Part shown: positions 50,738 to 61,264 of the stretch, piece by piece
Layout of the letters: every line of letters begins with the position of its first letter
Position numbering within the stretch: position 1 is the first letter of the stretch
From: Dudresnaya verticillata
Taxonomy: Eukaryota
Reading direction: 5' to 3'
Assembly: GCA_977862235.1 (NCBI GenBank)
Contig: OZ374562.1
Coordinates: forward strand, 868,001 to 932,000
DNA length: 64,000 bases
Position numbers and translations under genes: made by a program
The notes under the pieces: model-generated
What the model saw: the letters and a program-made list of their open reading frames with translations, nothing else
Told to the model about the DNA's origin: nothing
Databases searched by the model: none

Positions 50738-51196
50738 TTAATTTTTGCAGTTTCTGAGCACCTTAGAAATCTCCCGAACGTAGACTTTTGGTGGTTTAGC
50801 TATGATGTGCCTCTTGTCAATATAGCCACTCTCAGCAGGTGCCTTAACTAGGTCACGAAGCTGATTTCCTCGCCTAATATGTTCCTCACCGTACTGGTGA
50901 TTTTTGAATAATATTTTGCTACTGCAACGCGTTCCACAAAGGTCGCAGTTAATGTTAACAAAACGGTCGTATTGGCGATCTAAATGGCTTACAGCCGTAT
51001 TAAATCCTTCTCTCTTGAATATTTCTTCCAGGTGCAATTTGGATGTGTTATGGTCGTCCCAGGATTGGTTGGCAAATTTAGTGTGACCGCACTGGAAACA
51101 CTTTTTGTTACTGTAATTAGGCTTGGGAGTAATCTTGAATATCGGTCCCGTTAAAGCACTCGGTAATTTTGCCAAACATTTGTCCTTATTTTCCAC
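50738..51196 (-). CDS. extra ORF between PBS and gag with two C2H2 (matrin/U1-like spacing) zinc fingers
   Basis: CFQC-x12-H-x5-H and CDLC-x12-H-x5-H in an open 152-codon frame. The listed start is not ATG, so the 5' end is uncertain. Confidence 0.65.
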   Translation of the reverse strand: MENKDKCLAKLPSALTGPIFKITPKPNYSNKKCFQCGHTKFANQSWDDHNTSKLHLEEIFKREGFNTAVSHLDRQYDRFVNINCDLCGTRCSSKILFKNHQYGEEHIRRGNQLRDLVKAPAESGYIDKRHIIAKPPKVYVREISKVLRNCKN

Positions 51197-51367
51197 GTTT
51201 GTTAGCTTCTCTTTTCCTGGTTTTTCAGTTTCTGTTTTTCAATTGTTTTCTCGGTACTTGACGTATTCGGTGCTGCTGTTTTCAGAGGCCGCTCAGCCGT
51301 GTTTGGCTCACTGCTGGGCGGACTGGCACTCACTGCGCACACAAAAAGAACGTTAGCGATCGAGTAA

Positions 51368-51379
51368 GCGATGCTACCA
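51368..51379 (-). promoter_or_regulatory. primer-binding site, likely initiator tRNA-Met
   Basis: TGGTAGCATCGC on the minus strand next to the LTR end; complementary to a ...TGCT-A-CCA tRNA end (A1:U72, typical of eukaryotic tRNA-iMet). Confidence 0.7.
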
Positions 51380-51381
51380 AT

Positions 51382-51754
51382 TGGTCGCGGCTCAGATTGC
51401 ACTGTAATGAATAAACATACTGTTGGTTTTTTGGGTGGTTGATGAAAGCACGCGGTTCTTTTGACACACTGCTTGGAACTCGCAGACTCAGAAGTTTTTG
51501 CTTCAGACTTTTGCGGCCTGTCTCCCTGTCTCTGAGAGAGTTGAGAGCAGACCTTCTTTATAGAATTCTAGTAGTTAGAGAAAGCTCGATGGAACTTACT
51601 AAAACTAGCTATTAGTCTATAGACTAAGTAAAAGACTACAATAAAGACTAACACGTTTGTAGATTGAAAATTCATAATAAAAAATGCTGAGGTCAGCTGC
51701 TATTATGGTGCTTTGTAATTTTGCCACTGTGCAGTTTTGTTACTGTTTGTAACA
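51382..51754 (-). repeat. gypsy 5' LTR (about 373 bp)
   Basis: Starts TGTTACA on the minus strand; colinear with 28749-29005 plus 46071-46182. Confidence 0.92.
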
Positions 51755-53705
51755 GGCAAGGATGTTGCTGGAAACGCATCCCCCAGGTTGCTGGCAACTC
51801 TCGGGCAACATTGTGTCATCTATCGTTCCAAAGGCCCGGTTGCCGCTTGTCTCTTTGCCATTGGTTTCTACTCCGTTCTAATGCAGCACGCTGCAGTCAG
51901 CATGGCGTGTACGGCGCGACGTACGATAAGGCAGTGGACCACGGGCGCGGACTGGTCCACATCGCATCCAACGAGCCAGAGCGAGAATGTGGAAGGCTGG
52001 CTGACCGGCTGCCTTACGCGTAATCGCGATTGCTCTACACGGCGTCAGGGAAGCAAGTGCACTGACGTCAGTCGAGCGTGAATGTGCATACACTCGAATT
52101 TGGTGCTGTGCCCCGATCAGCTCGAACAGAACCAGATCTGCCATCCGCACGACGCCGGCGATCGCGTCGCAGAGCTGGCGATACAACCCCGCCACCTGCT
52201 CCCTTCCCCCATCATCGCCTGGCTCACCACCCACCGCTGCAGGACCGCGCCGTCAGCCAGTTGGAGCGGCCGCCGCCGCGGCGCCGCGGCGACTCGGCCG
52301 CGTCGCTCTCGTCGACGGCGTCGGTCCCGCGCTCATCGTCGTCCGTGCGCTCGCGCCGCTTCCTCACCGTCCACCTGTCCGCGCGCGAGGCCGTCGGCCT
52401 GGTCGACCTGCCATCTTCCGCCACCGACCACGCGCCCGCCGCCCGCCGCCACCGCCGCCGCTTGACCCCGCGCTACAGCACCTCACCCGCCCGCAGTATC
52501 CCCAACCCCGCCCGTCCCCCGCCCGTCCCCCGCCCGTCTCCCGCCTGTCCCCCGCCCATCCCGCCCCCGCTCCCCGGTGGCAACATCCCAGTCGAGGAGC
52601 TTGACGGCGACGATGCACGCGGCGGCGAAGTAAGTGAGCCAGCGCAGTAATATATAGGCCTCAATGGTGGGGCTCGGGGAGGCGAGGCGCGACTCGATCG
52701 AGTGGTCTCGGCGGCCGGGTACGAGGTGTTGACGCCCTGCTTAAGCATACAATTCTATAGTTGCCCTTCTTGACCCAGACCTTGAGGACGGTGATGACGA
52801 GGTCGACCTCCTGCGTGGTGGCATGCGAGTCGGTGAGCTTGCGGCCGTCGCGGATGCGGTGCGACGGGGGCGGGGCGTTGCGGAGCGCGCCACAAGCGAG
52901 GAGCCGGGCCGCCTGCCATGGTGCGTGGGGGAGGGGGAGGGTGGCACGGGTGGCGGCCGGGACGGCAGGCGCTACGGCGGTGGGGGCGGTGGCTGTTGTA
53001 GCGGTGGCATGTTGGAAGGCAGAGTCGAGTGGTGGGGGGTACAGGATCTTCAAGCCCTTGGGTGTCGGCGCCTTAAGTAGGTGTGGGCTCGCGGAGCCGC
53101 TGAGCCGCCATCACCCAGCTACAGCGGCCGGGGGACACCCGCCGCCACACGCGCCCGACCACTGCTGCAAGCGACCCCACGCCCTGGGGCGGAGCGCAAG
53201 CGCATCGCGCATCGCTCGCGGGCGACCGCCGGACGTACTTGCGGCGGTACGCACGTGCGTACGTGTGCCCGAGGCAACTCGTGTCCCCGCGGCCCCGCGG
53301 GGCCACCACGCCGCGGCCCGCCCCGCCACCACACACAACCCGCCCGCCCGCCGCAACCGACCCCATCGCCACGCTTGCACACGCCTTCGCGTTCCCGGCG
53401 ACGCTCGTCGCTCGCGCGAGGTCGCGTGCGCTTCCAAGCCCTGGCAAGCCCGGGCACGACACGAGGCCTCACGCCCCTTCGCCTTTGGCGCATCACCGCG
53501 TCGACGCGGGATCCCGCAGGCGGGTGCGCCGACCGCCGCACGCACCCCACACTAGTATAGCTCCCGCGCGCGGATACTCCCATCGCCGCGCACACATGCT
53601 TCCCGCCGCAATCGACCCCGCCGCCCGCCCAAGCATTTACTAGTTTTTGTGTTCTATAGAACTATTATGAAAGCACGAACTTTACTGCGCAGTCTTGTCT
53701 TACAA

Positions 53706-54881
53706 CTAAAGCCCAGATGCCATTGCAAAGGACAACTCGGTAGTCCCAAATGCCGTAAAACCGAGAAGTCCGTAAGAATTATGAGTGTCTTCAACGCCAA
53801 TGTACTTAATCATCTCGCCGAGAGAATCACATGGAAAGGTGCGCAGTAGAAAAATATATCGCGGCGCAGCACGAAGTAATGATAACCTGCCCCGCCGCGC
53901 CTCGCACTGTGCTCCACCAGGCCATGCACACCGCACGCCTCTCCCATCTCCCTGAGACGGGTGGCGTACGTGCTAGATTCCAGTTTTGTTCCCCCTGCAA
54001 ATTATTAGACGTGAAAGTCAGGAATAAAGACCCATCATACACATTGTGAGCCCTTAACACGCAGAGCCACCCCAGCAGTGCCGACAATCCACAAATAGAA
54101 ACGTCTACGCCTTTCTCCCACCGGAAGTATGTGTTGTTTGTCTTCCAGTTTTTAGTAATGGGCAACACGCCGACAACAGGTTATTCCATTGTATCACCAG
54201 TAATAACAAGGTCCTGAACTTGAAGGTCGAGCATTTCCGCACCCCTAGCCACAGCTGTGAACTGCATAGTGTTAGCGAAGGCCGTCTGTAGATTAGCGTA
54301 GTCCACGGAACTGTCGCGCTGGACTGCTATGCCGAGTTGCGGCTTGACATACGCATAGAAAAGGGCTCTTAGGTCCTCATGCGTTTCCTGATATGCGCGG
54401 GTTGTTAAGTTGTTCCTTCCAGCCCGTTGCGCTTGGTCCAATGTGTTGATGATAGTCTGCAAGTCGGGACATTTTTCTGGGTTTCCACACTAACTTCCGT
54501 CTCGCAAAGCTTTGAACTCTGTCGTATATCCCTTTGAGCGCCAGAATGCCACGACAGCACTTTTTATGGCACCGCCTGTCCACTTGGCCTTGAGGCCATC
54601 AAAGCCCTGGTCTTTTCGTCCGCACCTTTGCAGTATCAACGAACACGCAAGCGAAACGGGGTCTTTTTGGCGTCTTTCGCGCTGAAGTCGGGGTTGTCGA
54701 CATCAACTTCGGCGCGAAGCAGCAGCTCGTGATAGAGTTTCATAGCGCCGCTATCGCGCTTTCTGGACGATGCCTTGTTGGGGTTTCTCACAATCTGTTG
54801 AGCAAGCTCCGGGGTTGAAATTGGGGCTTCTGTGGCCCCGGGGCCATCGGGACCTCGAGCTGAAGGGGCTGCGTCTTCCAT
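53706..54881 (-). pseudogene. tyrosine recombinase (Crypton/DIRS-type), interrupted
   Basis: Catalytic set in order: ARGAEMLDL (R), ITKN (K), ICG..AL..W, HSARRGGA (H-x-x-R, ~53890-53911) and EMIKYI (Y, ~53803). Spread over frames with a stop at 54181. Confidence 0.8.
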
Positions 54882-55059
54882 ATGGACATATGTGTGAGGA
54901 GGAAGAAAAAGGGTGTGGAACACAGACTTCCTCACGGTAACGGGCACCACGGTCTTCAGCGACGATGCGCTCGCCGTCAATTTACTGCATAAGCTGGCTC
55001 TCCTGTCACATGTATCATTCTGCGCACTCTGCGCACATTCATTCATTGATATTGAATAT

Positions 55060-57470
55060 TCAAATGCAGATTATTTCCAAAATCAACAATCGTTGTTCCT
55101 TCTGCGGAATACCGGCATGGGCGATCTCGATGCTTGTGTCCTTGAATGCTTTGCGCATGAGCTGAAAGCTGCAGATGGGCCCGCGTGAATTCTTGAGATT
55201 GAAGATCGGCACGAAGAGCGGGCTATGGTCTTTTCGTTTTGTGAGCTCCATGGAGCTCTCCATCGGGTCCTTAGGGCCTAACTGAATAAGGAGGTCTATC
55301 CTTCGTATGTGGAATGTTATTGGGACTGCTGGTAAAGCCTTAGTTACAGCCACTTGCTGGCATCTGCGTCTGCTCCTGTCCAAACCGTGATGATGTTGTG
55401 CTCGTCTTAACAAGCGCGGGAGATAAGACTTGGAGGAGACCAGATATGTGGACAAGACCAAGACTGCCCGGTAGTTCTGCACTGCTGTCGTTTTTGCATC
55501 CTCAAGAAAGTCGCCCGGTTTCTTGGCATGTTTAACTTGGCTGAACTCGCAGACAATGGCATAGTTGTTCTTTTGTTTTATGTATTATGAACTCGCTGTT
55601 ACAGAAGTCAGTGATGTGCAAGCTCTGAATGATGCGGTAATGCTTCTGGTCGATGGGGAGTACATGGTCCAAGATATCCCACGTGCAGTAAAGCCCTTGG
55701 AAAGATGCTGTACACTGCTGATCGATCGCTATGCATTACGCCGCCATCTCGAAACAGATGAAGCAAGTCTTAAGTCTACATTTTCGAAGCTTCAGAAATG
55801 CTTTGAGGACCTTGTGACCGAAACGAACTTCGATCCGAGAGTCGTCAGTGCATTCGGGACATTTGCAATGGTCGTTGATAAGAAGATGGCCAGAATTGAA
55901 CCATGGTGCTCTCAGAGCTCATTCAAAATTATGCCCGAAGCGCATTCATGTATTGGGGGCATAGAGAACTCATCCGCATGCCCGGCGTTCTGGAGAGATC
56001 AGGCCGCCTACCAGACTCTGTGTACACTCTGAACAAGAATCGCAAGGAACCCTGGTCAAGCTGCGAGCAGCCATGGCACTAAGATACGCCTATTCATCGA
56101 ACACCGGGGCCGGACAGTTGCCTTCACTCGAACAAGCATTGTTTGACAAAGCAAAAGCTAAAGGCAGCCGGGTCGAGGCCATATGGCCATGTATTGTACA
56201 TTGTACAATCTGAAACGACTGCTCGAAGACAACGGAGCAAACATCCAAATGGCAAAGGGAAAATGTACGCCTGTATCTAAACGCAATCGACGAAGTCAAC
56301 ATGACAATGTCAGTACGTCCATGTACGATCTTTAGCGCATACTTCGAGGTGAAAAGGAGGACGCGCGTCTGCGCAAAACCATCCCGTGCGGCTCGCACGG
56401 AGGAGTTGCACATGAGTGAAATACACAAGCGCGCTGGAGCCTGAAGATCTCAGCATTTGCCGGCAGCGACGGTGTCATTTATGTGGACGCGTCCGCTGCT
56501 ACTTGTCAGCTCAACTGAAGTTAAAGTTAACTTTACCTACAATACTTCAAGACATTCATGATTCCAATGCCCTCTTCACATCGCTGCGAGCAGAGATCCT
56601 GGCCGTTAGCGATTTGCAAACTTCATCTGACTTCAGCCTTGAACTAATGGAATGCTCTTTCAAGTAGCCTTGGGAAATTTCGTAGTTCCTTGCCACCATG
56701 TTTTTCTCCGTTAAAGAGGTGAACTTGCCCTCGTACTCCGCTATCGAATGACTCTGCATAAAGTGGAAGAAGCTCATAGCCACGGCCTTCCTCTTGGCGT
56801 ACCTGTCTTTCACAGAGACACTTTTTCCATTGCTCATCTCTCTTCTGTTCCGATCTTGTACAGAGAACTAGACTAAAGGCTTCATTAGACCGCACTTTTT
56901 CTCCAAAAGCCCACCAAACCAACACTTTTCTGACTGAATCAGCATTAGGGGGTACAGTATGTATGACATGCACAGAGCTGGGCCCTTCCCTTGGGGCAAA
57001 ATGTAGTTGCCTCTGCTGCAGCCTTTTCCCGGTCGCTCGTTGCCTGACAGTGTTGGAGTAAAGCAGCTTGGGGCGACGAGCTGCCCAGGAGCCGTTTTCG
57101 TGATTGTATAGTTATTATTAACCACCTGGAAGGCAAATGCTGGATTCGTGGATTCCCTGCAATGACTTGCTATACCCTCTCCGGTTGCCAAGCGCGACGT
57201 GATGTTGAAAAGAGGCGGAAGAGCTAGGCCAGTTAAAGGATGTACGCCTTGACAGATGTGAACACGCTCATCTGGTGGGATGGAGGAAGGCAATGAGGGA
57301 CAAACTGACAAAAAAGCGTCCAGTATTTTCGTCCCTCTCTGCGTGCGCACGGGATTGACACGTTCAGTAGACTTGTACTCAAGCGGTGCTAGGTCGTAAA
57401 GCACCTTAGGTACTATTTTCTGTTCAAGTAGAGGGTCATCACGAGACTTGCCATCAAGCTCTTCCGCCAA
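55060..57470 (-). pseudogene. fragmented coding region of unknown function upstream of the recombinase
   Basis: Protein-like same-strand ORF pieces 57470-56868, 56837-56556 and 55482-55060; no motif recognised. Confidence 0.35.
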
Positions 57471-57742
57471 ACACCCCCACCTTCACGCGGCAAGCATTCA
57501 TGCCCCTCCAGAATGGCCATCAACACAGTTGCGTTTTTATTCTCGACAGCTGTGATAGTACTTCGGGTAAGATGGGAACGGCCTTGTGCAGGTTGTTCCA
57601 TTCTCCTCTTCATGTTTGGCATGCATGTACCAGTAGGCCGACGACAAAGACACCGCTCACAAGACTTTGAATGTCGCTGCGTTGTAGCAACCTTGAAAGG
57701 AAGGGAACTTTCAACCTTTCCATTTCTTGGCTGTTGCTGCTC

Positions 57743-57910
57743 GACATGCATGTCAGCTGAGGCCAGCTGGCCGCAGACTCTGACTTTGTAGGGTGCCCTG
57801 ACATGACATGCATGTCAGCTGAGGCCAGCTGGCCGCAGACTCTGACTTTGTAGGGTGCCCTGACATGACATGCATGTCAGCTGAGGCCAGCTGGCCGCAG
57901 ACTCTGACTT
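57743..57910. repeat. 62-bp tandem repeat, about 2.7 identical copies, with internal palindromes
   Basis: Units start at 57743, 57805 and 57867; each contains GACATGCATGTC and GGCCAGCTGGCC. Confidence 0.95.
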
Positions 57911-59688
57911 GCTTGTCGTGTCAGCGCACCCTACATGCTGCAGCTTGTAGCCCATTCCCCGTACGGCATCGGCGATAAACGTGTGCGGCGATAAGCGTGT
58001 GTCAGTACAGTACCATTATCATTTCAATTTTTAGAGCTTTTGACTCAGACGGAGAGCATTGATGATGAGATGAAGTGCATGCTTCTTTCCAGCGTTAACA
58101 AACTAGAAACTTACCACGTGGTGTACCCCAGCACACTCACCTCCCCTGGGTCCAATATGCGTGATAAGACGCGACGTCCACAACACCGCCGCCCACCCGA
58201 GCTCTCACACCCGCTCCTCCTCGCCGCCAACTTCCGCCCCGACTCGCGCGCTGACAACTGCCCGGTCTGTCGGTGCAGCACGGCAGTAGCTAGCTACTGT
58301 GCCTATGTGCACTCCGTAGACAGCGTACGAGGGTGATCACCGCTCCGAGGGTGCGCAATGCTCCACTCTATAAGTCAACACAGTGCGAGGGTGATCGAGG
58401 TGCACCTGTGGCATGTCATGGCACCTCCTAGGGCGGTGTGGGCGGCGTGAAAGTCTGTGAGGCGGGTGGCGGCAACGTGGCCGGTGGCGGAGGACGGCGG
58501 ATCGACCAGGCTGCGACGGCCTCGCACGCGGATAGGTGGCCCGTAAGGAAGCGGCGCGAGCGCGTGAACGACGACGAGCGGCGGCGGCGGCCGCGGAAGG
58601 GGATGGTGCTGCTGCTGTGCGGCGAAGACGTCGAGTGCGGTGTGGAGGGCGGCGTGGCCGCCCGGGCGCCGTGGAAGTCGGCGAGGCGGGCGGCGACGAC
58701 AGGCGCGCTTGGCGGTGCCGGTCGCGGGGGTGGGGAGGGGGCCATTGTGCTGAAGTGTGTAACAGTACTGTCGTTTTAAAACGAGGTGGTGGAGCGATTG
58801 CTGCCTGCCAATTCCAATCTCGAGAACACTGCAGTAACATTACTGAAGATAATACAGTAGAGTATGTTGGACAAACACAGTACTGAGCCTCCAATAAAGC
58901 GGCCGCACAATTGTACTGAACGGGTACCGACATGCATGTAAGATATTCTTGTATGTAAGATATTCAACGTCTAGAGTGTATTGTCAGATATCCGGATCAG
59001 AGTACTCACATAATGTCAGCTGATGACGGCCTTGCAGGGCCCCGGACCTCGACGGCGGAACTGCCCCGGGCCGCGGCCCATCTTTTGACCATCTGTTGAC
59101 CACCAGGACCAACAAGCAAAACAGGCATGGGAGGGCTGGTTTCCTGGCGGCGAAACCTCCACAGGCACCGCCAGAAAGGGCGCGCGTGAAAAGTTGCCCG
59201 CCCCCAAGGATTAGATCATGAGGAGGTTGTGGCAAATGGATGTGGGATGATTTCTATACGGCATTTTCTAATCCCACCTTGCGAACTGAAATAAAAAACA
59301 TACACACTTTTGACCAATACACCCACGGTGTGGTGGGTGTCAGTCAACTTACGGCGAGTCAATGAGCGTGTGACGTACTCGCGAATAAATGGGCCACTGG
59401 GTGCATACTTACACCCTCATTGGCCAGGTTCTGGAGTTAAACCATTGGCCAGATCCTGTCGAGAACCTGGCCAATAGCTTAACTTCATACTGTATACAGT
59501 TTATATGCCATATGCTATAGAAGTATCGCGCCGGCCGGAAACAGCACACAAAGAAAGAAGCCAGGTATCCGGTGACACACGCTATGATATGATAGATCGT
59601 AGGGAGGTTGGTAGAGATTTTGAAGGGAGTATGTGCAACGGACCGAAAAAGGGGGAATGCGGAAGCGTGGTAAACACTCGGCGCTACC

Positions 59689-60758
59689 TGTAGTGCAAGG
59701 AGTGGGGCTCCCCTTTTTCGCTCCAAGCGGGTTCTAATAACTACTCGTCGACCGACGGGAAGCCGCCAACGGCGCGCTCACACGCCTGTGACGCGAACAC
59801 GTCACCGACGTATGCCGCTGGACACGATAGGCCAGAACGGCTCATTGACGTACAGACTGCACACCCCACGCCTCAGCACAGTACGGCGCCACGCGCGTGC
59901 GCGAGGAACAGTGGAAGGAGCGTCCACTGTAAACGTGGCCCGAATCCGGATTGAATCGGGATCCGCATCGAGATCAGACATGGGGATCAAGAAGTGTAAG
60001 GCATGCGTTTATAAGCTTGAGACATTCGCCTGGCTGCCACGAATCCGGATCAGATCGGGATTGATGTTGCTCAATATCACACGCTCTACATTACGCGTGC
60101 GGCTAATGTGGAAGAATGAGCCGCAGCAGAAGTTCTGGCGCACTGTAAGTCATTTGTGTGCATTAAGGTGTAAGACACCCACCCGCATCAAGCTGTAAGG
60201 CGCGCACAAGCGCCGTGCGCTGTAAGGACGATGCGCCCCGCTGGCGTCCCTGCTGGCACCAAATGTGATGGCGAATTTCCATTGGGTATTTTATTGTGGC
60301 CGCTCACGCGGCCCGACGCGGTATTACCACTAATCCGTATTTATAACTGACAACAGTACTAGTAGATTAATAATTAGAGCTAGAATAGCTTAGAATAGCT
60401 CATAGGAGGTAAGAGCATTTCCGTCTCTGCCATACTTAATAGGTCGCTGAGTAGCAGGGGCCTCCTGAATAGAACCCTACGGTGAGTTTGGGTCTTTTAC
60501 CCTTTTTCTGGAACTCACGGACTCACCGTACCTTTCTCCCCTTTCAGGCGCTCTACGAGCCTTATCTCCGCACGACGGAAGCTCTGTGCGAGCTGGGTAG
60601 CGCCGCCCTTCCCTTTTCCCATTTTCCTAGGCTTTGTGCCTTTTTCCCCAAGTCTCTACCAACTCCCTTTTCCCCCGAGCTACCAAAGCCAGTGTTGCCC
60701 ATAGGACAGGTGTCCTGGTTGTTTTCGTTCTACCTGGCCCCGTGGCCATTCTACTACA
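59689..60758 (+). repeat. 5' LTR (1070 bp)
   Basis: TGTAGT...ACTACA inverted termini; homology to 806-1707 begins exactly at the TG. Confidence 0.85.
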
Positions 60759-60759
60759 G

Positions 60760-60780
60760 TGGTCTCCCGACCTAGAATCG
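60760..60780 (+). promoter_or_regulatory. primer-binding site, likely tRNA-Tyr
   Basis: TGGTCTCCCGACCTAGAATCG is complementary to a tRNA-like 3' end CGATTCTAGGTCGGGAG-A-CCA. Confidence 0.8.
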
Positions 60781-61264
60781 TTTTCAGGGTCGGCCCCTTT
60801 TTACTACCTCATCCGCAAGTCGTCGTTCGGATATTCCCACGGGACGGGAATGCCCCGTGCAAGAATTCTAGGAACAACTTCCTGAAGGTGAAACCCTAGT
60901 CGGCCAAGTGTCGACGGTCTCTCAGCTTCATGTCAAGCTTTGAAGTTGCTTCAAATTCGAGGCAAGCAACTGCCACCGCTTCTGCGGTTTTAATCGTGTA
61001 CAAGGAAGAAGATGCTGCTCGTGGAGTGACACCCCTTCAAGGAACTCTTCCTGCAGGTTATCGTGACACCTGTCACCAAAAACACGTCTGTATACGGGCT
61101 CTGTGGGCGCGCAAGCTGGGAGTTCCACGTGGACAGAATCGCCCGTAACCCCGAGAACTACGGTTCTGAGAAGTTTGCCATCCTAGGGAGAAGCTTCCCG
61201 ATTAGTGCCACCACAGGACCGAATCCTACGTTTCGAGGTTGTCGATAACAACCTCGTTTAGAAG

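Larger units (their letters stand above)
28749..51754 (-). mobile_element. Ty3/gypsy chromovirus-type LTR retrotransposon (about 6 kb of own sequence) with its 3' LTR split by a 17-kb insertion
   Basis: 5' LTR ~51382-51754; 3' LTR = 28749-29005 plus 46071-46182; PBS, polypurine tract, and gag-PR-RT-RH-IN-chromodomain order. No clear TSD found. Confidence 0.9.

Noticed and set aside
28743..51759. TSD for the chromovirus
   Set aside because: Flanks (GACGGG vs GGCAAG) do not match, and the LTR end itself differs between copies.
52078..53643. Overlapping long ORFs on all six frames as real genes
   Set aside because: Explained by very high GC content and few stop codons; no domain recognised.
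57743..57910. CRISPR array
   Set aside because: Units are identical head-to-tail with no unique spacers; no cas genes; eukaryotic context.
60760..60780. tRNA gene
   Set aside because: Only the 3'-terminal ~20 nt including CCA are present, next to an LTR; this is a PBS.
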